Positions 39,801-48,348 of a stretch of DNA of 64,000 nt are shown one piece after another. Source of the stretch: a virus. Within the stretch, counting starts at the first letter, position 1, and each line of letters opens with the position of its first letter. A program made the translations under genes and the position numbers. The stretch covers positions 133,026 to 197,025 of IMG/VR virus record IMGVR_UViG_3300028392_000030, one strand, 5' to 3'. The notes beneath the pieces are model-generated. The model was not told the origin of the DNA. It did no database searches and saw only the letters and a list, made by a program, of their open reading frames with translations.

Positions 39801-42542
39801 GTCATAACAGGAAGTTCGTCTAGTGTTACTGGTAACGTAGACGGCGGCAATATCAACACCGGTGGACAAGTAAGTGCTACTGCCACAATCACAGGTGGCA
39901 ATTTGGCCACAGGTGGTACAGTAAGTGCTACTGGCAACATCACAGGCGGAAACGTTTTAACAAGTGGTTCTGGTGGTGCAATTAGTGGCAGTGGTAACAT
40001 CACAGGCGGAAACATCCTGACCAGCGGCGTAGTAAGTGCAACCAGCGGTGTCACTGGTGGCAATATTGTTATTGCTGGCAACACTGTCAACATGCTGAAC
40101 CCAGGTGGCACAATACAAGTCAACAGTGGCAACGCCAACACAAACTTCAGCGTAAGTGGTACAGCTGCCAATGTGTTCTTTGTCAATGCAACCACCAACA
40201 CAGCCAGCTTTGGATCAAGCGCACAGACTGTCAATGCCGTTGTAGCGTTCAACAGTACCAATTCAATCTTGTTACCAGCTGGTACGCAAGGTCAGCGTCC
40301 GGCCACAGGCGTTACTGGTATGTTGCGCTTCAACAGCACAACCAACAGTATAGAAATATACAACAACAGTGCTTGGATAGGTGTTGGCTCCACAGTGTTT
40401 ACAGTTATCACTGATCAACAGTTTGCTGGTGATGGTGCTTGCACAGTGTTTACCTTGTCCAATACTTCAACCACAGCTGCAACAATTGTCAGTATCAACG
40501 GTGTGTTGCAGATACCAACTTCGGCTTACAGTGTAAGTGGAACCACATTGACATTTACAGAAGCACCGGCCACAGCTGACTTGATCGACGTTCGTGCATT
40601 GACCACAACAACAACCTTGTTGAGTTTGACCAACGTAAGTGCCAATGCTTCAGTTGGAGTCAGTGACACCACAAACATTGTTACTATAACAGGTACAGCA
40701 AACGTTGTGGGTGATTTGGTTGTGTCAGGCAATGCTACCATTCTTGGTAACGTGGCCACCAACTCAATTATAAATGGCATCAGTTCTGTAACGATTCCAA
40801 CTCCGGGCGGCAATGTGGTCATCGACGTGGGCAACACCAACGATATAGCCACCTTCACAACCAATTCGATGGAAATTCATGGTAATATTTTGCCACAAAG
40901 CAACGTTACCTACAGTTTGGGCAGCACAACACAACGCTTTAAAGATCTATGGTTAAGTGGCAATACAATTTACTTGGGTAATGCACTGATCAGTGCCAAT
41001 GCCACAGCCATTGTGATGACCAATCCAGCCGGTGGACAAACTGTGTTAGCTGGCGCAACTACAACAAGCAGCGTGGCTGGTAACATCACTGGTGGCAACA
41101 TCCTAACTGGTGGTATTGTAAGTGCATTTGGTAACATTATCACTGGTACCAATACCAGCACTCCGGGCTACATTGGTATAGGTACAACTACTCCTGATTG
41201 TGAACTTAATATTTTAGGCAACCCACAGACTGTAAATTATCCTGTAACAGGTAACAGCACCACACTGGGAACAGAAATACACATAGTTGGTGCGGATAGT
41301 TCACAAACTCGTATTGTTCAAGATGCATTTGGTACAGGTGCATACGTGGCGTTTACTGGACGTGCTGCTAGAAATACTGCGGCCAGTCCATCACAGACCC
41401 AGAGCGGAGACTATATTGCTCAGTTTACTGGACGCGGATTCAGTAGTGGAAGTTTACAATTTGGTAATGCATCAACTGGTTTATTAGCCATAACAGCTGC
41501 AGAAGCGTTCACTGATACCAGTCGTGCTACCAACGTGCAGATATTGACCACAGCATCGGGAGCAATTAGCCCTACTGCTGTAGCCACATTCAGCAGTGCC
41601 GCAGGATTAAGCGTAGCTGGCAACATTACTGGAAGTTACATTCTTGGTAACGGTAGTCAACTGAGTGGCATTGATGCCACACAGATAATCAGTGGCACAT
41701 CAAACTTAAAAGTTACAACTTCCGGTGGTAATATTGCAGCCAGTGTTGGTGGAACCAGTAACGTGGCTGTTTGGGCATCAACAGGTGTTTACATTACAGG
41801 ATTGGCAAGTGTCACCGGCACAGTAACTGCCGCAAGTGTAGTGGGCGGTGTGATTACCGGTAGTTCAACCAGTGTTAGTGGTACTGTAACAGCTGCATCG
41901 GTAGTGGGCGGTGTGATTACCGGTAGTTCAACCAGTGTTAGTGGTACTGTAACAGCTGCATCGGTAGTGGGTGGTGTGATTACAGGATCAAGTTCAAGTG
42001 TCACTGGCACAGTTACTGGTGGCAACATTGTAACAGCTGGTCAACTTACAGTCAACTCAGGTGCCAATGTCACAGCAATCGTCAACGGTGCAACAACAGG
42101 TGTAGGTAATATTGGCTCAAGCACAGTGGGATTCAACACTGTATTTGCCAAAGCAACCACAGCACAATACGCTGACTTGGCAGAGAAATACACAGCCGAC
42201 GCTGAGTATGCTCCAGGCACAGTGGTGGTGTTTGGCGGTACAGCCGAAGTCACAGTCAACGCTGTAGATGCAGATCGCAAGGTAGCTGGTGTAGTGTCTA
42301 CTGACCCTGGTTTCTTAATGAATGAAGGATTACACAGCGAGTTTGCAGTGGCTGTTGCGTTAACCGGACGTGTGCCAACCTTGGTTGTTGGACCAGTCCG
42401 CAAGGGGGACTTGATGGTGGCCGCAGGACTGGGCCGTGCCAGAGCCGAAGCTGATCCTCGAGTTGGATCAGTAATTGGTAAAGCACTGGAAGACTTTGAT
42501 GGTGCAGAAGGCACAATAGAAATTGTTGTAGGACGTTTCTAA
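36864..42542 (+). CDS. Giant repetitive tail fibre-like protein with C-terminal YADLAE chaperone/autocleavage-type domain
   Basis: 1892 aa, dozens of 17- and 21-aa G/T/S/V repeats; C-terminal AQYADLAEKY...G.VV.FGG...VALTGRVP. Confidence 0.75.
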   Translation: MAVTRINNNQVTDAVTGNTLVGINAGTKIQPYSITATRIANNLTYGSDLTITGNLTVSGTTTNVDTVNTLIADPLITLADGQVTGTPTLDIGTIGLRGSQQSAVLAWQESAKEFVTALSSTTVSNTTFTLSAYANLHSGNTIHQGTTSLVGNLIGAVNATATITGGNLATPGTASATGTITGGNLATGGTASATGTITGGNLATGGTASATGTITGGNVLTGGQVSATGNGTFGNISTAGTFSAASLSASGNITGGNLLTGGYVSATGNGTFGNISTAGTATAASTVGGVITGSSASVTGGVTAASVAGGVITGTSTSVTGSQSAASTVGGVITGSSSSVTGTQTAASTVGGVITGSSSSVTGTQTAASTVGGVITGSSASVTGGVTASSVAGGVITGTSTSVTGSQTAASTVGGVITGSSTSVTGSQSAASTVGGVITGSSVSVTGTATAASTVGGVITGSSTSVTGSQSAASTVGGVITGSSVSVSGNVTGGNVLTNYIYSVTTGDTLTINAQTISLNPTGNVGMNNRYINNLADPVADQDAATKVYVDTVAQGLDPKASVVYATAANIAPYTYNNGTSGVGATITLTATGNLTIDGSIVTANSRVLIKNEVGAFVNNTTQSAAFNGIYVVTTAGAPGVAAVLTRATDFNQPAEIPGAFTFVEAGTVNSDTGWVCTTNSPVTIGTTQIIFTQFSGAGSYTAGTALSLTGTQFNVLYDTSGNATIGVNGSNQLYIPAGAILTTPNIGAATGTSVSVSGAVTAASTVGGVITGSSVSVTGTATAASTVGGVITGSSSSVTGTQTAASTVGGVITGSSVSVSGGVTASSVAGGVITGTSTSVTGSQTAASTVGGVITGTSTSVTGSQTAASTVGGVITGSSSSVTGTQTAASTVGGVITGTSTSVTGSQTAASTVGGVITGSSSSVTGTQTAASTVGGVITGSSSSVTGTQSAASTVGGVITGSSSSVTGTQTAASTVGGVITGSSSSVTGNVDGGNINTGGQVSATATITGGNLATGGTVSATGNITGGNVLTSGSGGAISGSGNITGGNILTSGVVSATSGVTGGNIVIAGNTVNMLNPGGTIQVNSGNANTNFSVSGTAANVFFVNATTNTASFGSSAQTVNAVVAFNSTNSILLPAGTQGQRPATGVTGMLRFNSTTNSIEIYNNSAWIGVGSTVFTVITDQQFAGDGACTVFTLSNTSTTAATIVSINGVLQIPTSAYSVSGTTLTFTEAPATADLIDVRALTTTTTLLSLTNVSANASVGVSDTTNIVTITGTANVVGDLVVSGNATILGNVATNSIINGISSVTIPTPGGNVVIDVGNTNDIATFTTNSMEIHGNILPQSNVTYSLGSTTQRFKDLWLSGNTIYLGNALISANATAIVMTNPAGGQTVLAGATTTSSVAGNITGGNILTGGIVSAFGNIITGTNTSTPGYIGIGTTTPDCELNILGNPQTVNYPVTGNSTTLGTEIHIVGADSSQTRIVQDAFGTGAYVAFTGRAARNTAASPSQTQSGDYIAQFTGRGFSSGSLQFGNASTGLLAITAAEAFTDTSRATNVQILTTASGAISPTAVATFSSAAGLSVAGNITGSYILGNGSQLSGIDATQIISGTSNLKVTTSGGNIAASVGGTSNVAVWASTGVYITGLASVTGTVTAASVVGGVITGSSTSVSGTVTAASVVGGVITGSSTSVSGTVTAASVVGGVITGSSSSVTGTVTGGNIVTAGQLTVNSGANVTAIVNGATTGVGNIGSSTVGFNTVFAKATTAQYADLAEKYTADAEYAPGTVVVFGGTAEVTVNAVDADRKVAGVVSTDPGFLMNEGLHSEFAVAVALTGRVPTLVVGPVRKGDLMVAAGLGRARAEADPRVGSVIGKALEDFDGAEGTIEIVVGRF
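37377..37516 (+). repeat. Exact 51-bp tandem repeat (~2.7 copies) within the fibre gene
   Basis: GGCACTGCCAGTGCTACAGGAACAATCACAGGTGGCAAC... recurs at 37377, 37428 and 37479. Confidence 0.9.
37700..38340 (+). repeat. 63-bp (21-aa) degenerate tandem repeat block 1
   Basis: About ten AASTVGGVITGSSxSVTGxQT-type units. Confidence 0.85.
39110..39830 (+). repeat. 63-bp (21-aa) degenerate tandem repeat block 2
   Basis: About eleven units of the same repeat. Confidence 0.85.
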
Positions 42543-42561
42543 ACAGGTAAAACTGTACCGG

Positions 42562-42585
42562 ATAGGGTCTTCGGACCCTATTTTT
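42562..42585 (+). terminator. Rho-independent terminator with UUCG loop
   Basis: ATAGGGTC-TTCG-GACCCTAT-TTTT. Confidence 0.85.
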
Positions 42586-42613
42586 ATTGTATAAGTAAAC
42601 AAAAGGATATCAA

Positions 42614-42943
42614 ATGTCATTACCAAAATCAGTAACAATTGGCCCAGGATGGTCAATTGGCCCAGGATGGACCATGGGTGTAGGTAATTACGCTGGTCAA
42701 ACAACGCCAACTAGCGTTCAAAACGTAGCTGGCTCTGATAGTACCACTGGATTCTTTTATGTTGGTGGTGCTGGTTGGAGCACAATATCTGGAACGCCAA
42801 ATTTAAGCAATGTTGCTGCTGGTTGGTTAGTGGTTCAACTTCCTGGAGCCACGGTGGTCAGCGTTGATTCAGGAGCACAAACAATCACCATTACAGGTGG
42901 AACTTTTATTAGTGGATCATTTTACACATTTACAGGAGTATAA
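42614..42943 (+). CDS. Small putative decoration protein with N-terminal IGPGW repeats
   Basis: VTIGPGWSIGPGWT N-terminus; TAAGTA box plus AAGGA SD. Confidence 0.55.
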   Translation: MSLPKSVTIGPGWSIGPGWTMGVGNYAGQTTPTSVQNVAGSDSTTGFFYVGGAGWSTISGTPNLSNVAAGWLVVQLPGATVVSVDSGAQTITITGGTFISGSFYTFTGV

Positions 42944-42946
42944 TTA

Positions 42947-43690
42947 ATGGTAGCACCAGTAACAGTGAGTGTTGGACCTGGGTGGTCAATTGGCCCAGGA
43001 TGGAGCCTTGGATATGCTCCGGTACCACCTGCACTGATTCTCAATCTTGACGCAGCCAACTACTCAGCTGTTCCTACGAATGGCAGCACAATAGCGGGTA
43101 CAGGCAGCTACACCATAACAACATTGAACCCGGGTGGTAGTATGTCGTGGTCTGCTGCTAACGGTGGAATATTTCGTAAGACCGCAGATACTGACACAGA
43201 CTTTTTGACATTTGGACCAGATTACTCAGCCACATCAGAAGACTATACAGTAATGATGGTCTATAGATCGCAAACTGGAGCATTGGGTAGATTGTTAAAT
43301 GCCAACAGTGCCGCTCCAGACTGGTTAGCGGGCTTGTGGGGCAGCGGTGGCGGCGTCCAGGACGTTTTCTACAATGGTAACTTTGTGGGTGGCACTACGC
43401 CACAGAACAATGCGTGGCAATTCATATGGGCCACATACAATGGCAACGCAGGATCACCACTATCGCAAAACTATGTTGCCAACTCAACTGTTCCAACAAC
43501 TACCTTTGGTACTGATACTAGCAACGGTGGATTTGCAGGCTTGAGATTGTTTGGTAGATATTCTGACGCTACTACCAGCACAGAAGTACCAACTGCTGAT
43601 GTAGGCTTGGTCAAAGTATGGAACGGTGTGTTGCCGCTGTCAGAAATACAAACACAATGGAGTGCTTATCGGACAAGATTTGGATATTAA
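42947..43690 (+). CDS. LamG/concanavalin-A-like lectin domain protein with the same N-terminal motif
   Basis: VGPGWSIGPGWS, then LILNLDAANY...WQFIWATY...VGLVKVWNGVL..SEI..QW...RTRFGY. Confidence 0.7.
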   Translation: MVAPVTVSVGPGWSIGPGWSLGYAPVPPALILNLDAANYSAVPTNGSTIAGTGSYTITTLNPGGSMSWSAANGGIFRKTADTDTDFLTFGPDYSATSEDYTVMMVYRSQTGALGRLLNANSAAPDWLAGLWGSGGGVQDVFYNGNFVGGTTPQNNAWQFIWATYNGNAGSPLSQNYVANSTVPTTTFGTDTSNGGFAGLRLFGRYSDATTSTEVPTADVGLVKVWNGVLPLSEIQTQWSAYRTRFGY

Positions 43691-43707
43691 ACTACTATTT
43701 CCACTGT

Positions 43708-43738
43708 AAAATAGGACTCCGCGCAGTCCTGTTTTTTT
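43708..43738 (+). terminator. Rho-independent terminator
   Basis: AGGACT-CCGCGC-AGTCCT followed by a T7 run. Confidence 0.7.
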
Positions 43739-43768
43739 GGCTAAATATTGCATACTAATGGAACTACA

Positions 43769-45703
43769 ATGGGATTAACCAAACCACGTGCCGCGCAGAT
43801 ATTTAACTTAGACTACAAACAGGCTACACGAGTAGTAGCCACGGTCAGCGTCTCATTGAGTGGCGGCGCCCCTAGTAGTGTAGATGGTGTTAGTCTCTCC
43901 ACCGGCGACCGGGTGCTAGTTACAGCACAAACTACCGGCAGTCAAAACGGATTATACTACGTAATTACTGTAGGATCTGGATCAAACGGTACCTGGGCTA
44001 GAACCAGTGACGGCAACGACAACGGCGAAATTGAAGCTGGAATGATTGTGATGGTCACTGAAGGTGTGATTTATGCTGACACACAGTGGAAACTGATCAC
44101 AGATGATCCGATTACCATTGGAACTACATCACTATCTTTTACTCAAAACTATAGTGCAAATTCAATATCTGGCGGCTCAAGTAATGTAACAGTCTATTCA
44201 AACGCCAACGTCGTTATCAGCAGTGCCGGCACGGCCAACGTATTAACTGTAAGCTCAACTGGCACCGTTACTACCGGAACAGCATCAGTTACAGGAAACA
44301 TTACTGGTGGCAATATTTCGGCTTCCAAGTATATAGGTACCGCAGTAAGTGTCACTGGTAATGTGACAGCAGCATCAACTGTTGGTGGAGTGATTACTGG
44401 CACAAGCGCCAGTGTCACAGCTAATGTCACTGCTGGTAACATGTTAACTGGTGGATTAATTAGTGCTACCGGTAATGTTACCAGCGGTAACCTATTAACA
44501 GGTGGATTGATCAGTGCTACAGGCAATGTCACTGGCAATTACTTTTTAGGCAACGTATTTTTTGCCAGTGGTATTACTGCCAGTAAAATTTACAACGGAA
44601 CCAGCGAAGCCAATGTTGGTACTAGTGGCGGCAATGCCAACATCAGCATAGGCGGAACAAGTAATGTAGTGGTGTTTGCCTCAACTGGAGAATATGTCTC
44701 TGGTCTATTAAGTGTAACCGGTAATATCACCGGCGGTAATAGTTCAGCCACCAACTACACAGGAACCAACGTCAGTGTTACAGGAACTGCAACTGCTGCT
44801 AGCACAGTGGGTGGTGTAATTACAGGTTCAAGTGTCAGCGTCAGTGGCTCACAAACAGCCGCATCAACTGTGGGTGGTGTTATTACCGGAACTTCTGCTT
44901 CGGTTACAGGCACTGTAACTGCTGCCAGTGTAGTAGGTGGTGTGATTACAGGTAGTTCAACCAGCGTTAGTGGCACACAAACTGCGGCTTCTACCGTGGG
45001 CGGAGTTATTACGGGTAGTTCGGTATCAGTAAATGGTAACGTGACTGGCGGCAACGTCTTGACTGGCGGTGTAGTAAGCACAACAGGCAACGTCACTGGG
45101 AATTATTTTTTAGGCAATGTATTCTACGCCAACGGCATCACTGCTAGTAAAATTTACAATGGAACCAGTGAGGTCAATGTTGGAACCAGCGGTGGCAATG
45201 CCAACATCAGCATAGGTGGAACCAGCAATGTGGCTGTGTTTTCCACCGCTGGTGCGTATTTTAACGGAAACCTTGTTCCGGCTGTATCAAACACATACAG
45301 TCTAGGAAGTTCAACCAACCGCTGGGCCAATTTATGGTTAACCGGCAATACTATTTATTTGGGCAACAGCACTATCACTAGTGCTGCCAGTGGCGATGTC
45401 ATTATCGACTCTTCGGGTAGTTTTGCTGTGCCGGTAGGTTCAACCGCCCAGCGCAGTGCAGTTCAAGGAGCCATACGTTATAATACCACAGTTGGTGCAT
45501 TTGAAACATACGATGGCGTGGGTTGGAATACCTTAGCTTATGGAACACAAACAGACTTTCCATTTGGTGATTACGGCAGTGTCAGTGACGCAGCCACTAC
45601 CGATGCATTTGGAGTATCTATAGCGGCCACATTTGATTGTGGATCCGAAGGCCCATATAGCTACACCGATTTGGCCACTGGTGAAGCCTGGGTCGGCGCA
45701 TAA
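43769..45703 (+). CDS. Tail fibre-like protein sharing repeat modules with the 1892-aa protein
   Basis: MGLTKPRA start; VDGVSL..GDRVLV..Q...QNGLY module; 21-aa repeats; internal duplication of NYFLGNVF..GITASKIYNGTSE. Confidence 0.7.
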   Translation: MGLTKPRAAQIFNLDYKQATRVVATVSVSLSGGAPSSVDGVSLSTGDRVLVTAQTTGSQNGLYYVITVGSGSNGTWARTSDGNDNGEIEAGMIVMVTEGVIYADTQWKLITDDPITIGTTSLSFTQNYSANSISGGSSNVTVYSNANVVISSAGTANVLTVSSTGTVTTGTASVTGNITGGNISASKYIGTAVSVTGNVTAASTVGGVITGTSASVTANVTAGNMLTGGLISATGNVTSGNLLTGGLISATGNVTGNYFLGNVFFASGITASKIYNGTSEANVGTSGGNANISIGGTSNVVVFASTGEYVSGLLSVTGNITGGNSSATNYTGTNVSVTGTATAASTVGGVITGSSVSVSGSQTAASTVGGVITGTSASVTGTVTAASVVGGVITGSSTSVSGTQTAASTVGGVITGSSVSVNGNVTGGNVLTGGVVSTTGNVTGNYFLGNVFYANGITASKIYNGTSEVNVGTSGGNANISIGGTSNVAVFSTAGAYFNGNLVPAVSNTYSLGSSTNRWANLWLTGNTIYLGNSTITSAASGDVIIDSSGSFAVPVGSTAQRSAVQGAIRYNTTVGAFETYDGVGWNTLAYGTQTDFPFGDYGSVSDAATTDAFGVSIAATFDCGSEGPYSYTDLATGEAWVGA

Positions 45704-45728
45704 ATATAGCAGTATATAAGGATAATTC

Positions 45729-47261
45729 ATGCCAACAGTAGTCCAATTTAGACGCGGAACAACCGCACAAAACAACAACTTTCTTGGAGCCAACGGCGAA
45801 ATTTCTGTTGACACCACTCTTAATGTGTTGCGTGTTGCTGATGCTGTTACATTAGGTGGATTTGCAATGGTTGGGCAAAATTGTGTTCAGACCATTGCTA
45901 ATAAAACATATACTGGAACATTGCTCAGTGTAACCGGCAACGTCACCGGTAACTACATTTTTGGCAACGGTAGTCAATTGAGTGGCATTGATGCTACTAG
46001 TATTCAAAGTGGTACATCAAATGTAAAAGTTACCACTGCTGGTGGTAATGTTGCAGTCAGTGTGGGTGGAACCAGCAACGTGGTTGTTTGGGCCTCTACC
46101 GGCACATATACCACTGGCATATCAAGTGTGACTGGCAACATCACAGGCGGTAATTTATTAACCAGTGGATTGGTCAGTGCCACTGGCAATATCACAGGCG
46201 GCAACATTTTAGGTGGTGCCAATGTCAATGCAACTACACACACAGGAACTACGGTAAGTGTAACAGGGAATATCACCGGCGGAAATGTAATTGCATCTAC
46301 TGGATTAACTGCCGGTACGTTATCATTGTCCGGCAATACAATTACATCGACTGACAATACAATCACAATCGATCCTGCTAGTTCTGGACCAACTGGACAC
46401 GTTATTATTCAAGGTAACTTGAGTGTAACAGGCAATGTAACATATATCAACTCTAACAATGTCACCACAAATGATTTAACTATTAATATGGCCAATAACG
46501 CAGCAACCGCCGCGGCAGCCAACGGTGGTGGTATTGAAGTTGGTCCTGCCGGCACACCCTATGCTACTATTACTTACAATAGTACCAGTAACACCTGGGC
46601 GGTAAGCAACGGTGCCAATGTAAGTGGAGCTGTAAGTGTCAGCGGCAACATCACTGGCGGTAATATCAGCACCGGTGGAGTAATGGTTATTACTGGTGCA
46701 AGTACCGCCGCAAGTTACAGCGCAACTGGCAACGTTACAGGCGGTAACTTGTCGGCTGGCACCGGCACCATCACCGGTGGAAATATTGTTAACTCAAATG
46801 CCAATGGTGTAGGCAATATTGGTAGTGCAACAACGTATTTCAATACAGTATTTGCCAAAGCAACTTCGGCACAATATGCCGACTTGGCAGAAATGTATGT
46901 AGCTGACACTGCTTATGCAGCCGGAACGGTAGTAGAGTTTGGCGGCAACAATGAGATAACAGTCGCAACCACAACCCATTCCACACAGGTGGCTGGCATT
47001 ATATCTACACAACCAGCATACCTAATGAACTCCGCACAAGCCGGTGAGCATCCACTTGAAGTGGCTTTGGTCGGGCGAGTTCCTTGCTCAGTGGTTGGCA
47101 CCGTACGCAAAGGCGATCGTTTAGTGTCTAGTGACCTGCCTGGTGTTGCCCAAGCACTTGATATCAATTTATACCAACCTGGATGCATCGTTGGTAAAGC
47201 CTTAGAAGAATACAATTCAACCGAACCTGGAGTGATAGAAGTAGCAGTAGGAAGGTCATAA
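45729..47261 (+). CDS. Tail fibre protein with Mtd-like N-terminal domain and C-terminal YADLAE domain
   Basis: VQFRRGTTAQ..NF.GANGEISVDT N-terminus; AQYADLAEMY...VALVGRVP C-terminus. Confidence 0.7.
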   Translation: MPTVVQFRRGTTAQNNNFLGANGEISVDTTLNVLRVADAVTLGGFAMVGQNCVQTIANKTYTGTLLSVTGNVTGNYIFGNGSQLSGIDATSIQSGTSNVKVTTAGGNVAVSVGGTSNVVVWASTGTYTTGISSVTGNITGGNLLTSGLVSATGNITGGNILGGANVNATTHTGTTVSVTGNITGGNVIASTGLTAGTLSLSGNTITSTDNTITIDPASSGPTGHVIIQGNLSVTGNVTYINSNNVTTNDLTINMANNAATAAAANGGGIEVGPAGTPYATITYNSTSNTWAVSNGANVSGAVSVSGNITGGNISTGGVMVITGASTAASYSATGNVTGGNLSAGTGTITGGNIVNSNANGVGNIGSATTYFNTVFAKATSAQYADLAEMYVADTAYAAGTVVEFGGNNEITVATTTHSTQVAGIISTQPAYLMNSAQAGEHPLEVALVGRVPCSVVGTVRKGDRLVSSDLPGVAQALDINLYQPGCIVGKALEEYNSTEPGVIEVAVGRS

Positions 47262-47923
47262 TGCAGTCTAGATATCGCACAGACTATGCTGGCGAATTTG
47301 TAATATTAGAAACTCGATGGGGTGCCGGTAAAAAAGAAGAATCCAGAGAGTGGATTCCAAATCCTATTGATAACCATCACCTTTCAGGACGTGCGGCCTG
47401 CATTGGTAGCAATTTAGATCAGTGGCAGTTTGATTACACACGACTACAACGTCACCGCGGTGGATTGCTAGGCAGTAAAAAACTACAAACTTACGGCACA
47501 GGATTAGTTGCTCAACAAATGCGCCTGGACTTTGCAGTAGAAACTGACAACAACAATTTAGCTACAATTTTAGAGACAGGTTATCAACAAGACAACATTG
47601 TGTATACCACTGCACGTAATTGTATCAGTAATCCAGGAGAATTTTATTTAATTCCTCATAAACCCAGATTGATTGACATGACTCTTGCAGTGTATCTTGC
47701 TGCATTCGATGGCCATAAGGAAGTGTTCTTAATAGGATACACAGATGAATCACCTGGCAATTCATTAAATTGGGAATCACAACTTGCTGAAGTATTTTTG
47801 GCATATCCAGGGGTTAAATTTTATCTAGTAGGCGAAGGCACACGTATGCCCGATGTCTGGGTTGACTGTTTTAACACCCAGGTCATGACCTACCCGGAGT
47901 TTATCAGTTATTGTGATGTATAA
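47261..47923 (+). CDS. Hypothetical protein, possibly MAF/Cst-like glycosyltransferase fold
   Basis: AACIGS near the N-terminus, and LAVYLAAFDGHKEVFLIGY resembles the A..LA...G.KEIYL.G.D motif. Confidence 0.45.
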   Translation: MQSRYRTDYAGEFVILETRWGAGKKEESREWIPNPIDNHHLSGRAACIGSNLDQWQFDYTRLQRHRGGLLGSKKLQTYGTGLVAQQMRLDFAVETDNNNLATILETGYQQDNIVYTTARNCISNPGEFYLIPHKPRLIDMTLAVYLAAFDGHKEVFLIGYTDESPGNSLNWESQLAEVFLAYPGVKFYLVGEGTRMPDVWVDCFNTQVMTYPEFISYCDV

Positions 47924-48348
47924 ACGCTGGATTCAATAGTCGAAATTTTATTTTGCACAGCTTCGAAATTCACAGTTGACCATAGGCCTGGATGCATGGG
48001 TCTAGGCCATGTGCCCGAATCAATCCATGCATATCCTATGTGTTCGTAATTTAATATGGGTCGAAATTCTTGATTCACTATGCAAAAAAATGTATGATAT
48101 TCAAATCCTGCATCTACGGTGGTGAACTTTTCCAACGGCATCATACGCACATAGTCAGGCATTGATCCAATTTCTTCTTCACACTCTCTGACAATAGCAG
48201 TCATTAAGGTTTCGCCGAATTCCACACGCCCACCCGGCAATCCCCATGACCCTGGATGCTTTGAATCATTACGCATGAGATACAGGTAGCGGCGAGTATT
48301 GACCGCATAAAACCAAACGCCCACTGCTTTTATAATACTAGACTCCAT
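47908..48348 (-). CDS. Nudix hydrolase
   Basis: GLPGGRVEFGETLMTAIVRECEEEIG Nudix box. Confidence 0.9.
   Translation of the reverse strand: MESSIIKAVGVWFYAVNTRRYLYLMRNDSKHPGSWGLPGGRVEFGETLMTAIVRECEEEIGSMPDYVRMMPLEKFTTVDAGFEYHTFFCIVNQEFRPILNYEHIGYAWIDSGTWPRPMHPGLWSTVNFEAVQNKISTIESSVYTSQ

Noticed and set aside
37700-39830. Ice-binding or ice-nucleation repeat
   Set aside because: Lacks the AGYGSTxT consensus and a regular TxT ladder; fits a fibre shaft better.
36864-45703. CRISPR-like or TIGR-like array
   Set aside because: The repeats are in-frame coding units with third-position variation and no unique spacers; no cas or Nop-domain gene is present.
37289-46366. Long minus-strand ORFs over the fibre genes (e.g. 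37649-38332, 39059-40261)
   Set aside because: Antisense shadows of G/T/S/V repeats, with no SD or promoter.
45729-47261. Diversity-generating retroelement (Mtd-like N-terminus)
   Set aside because: No reverse transcriptase and no TR/VR pair differing only at adenines in the window.
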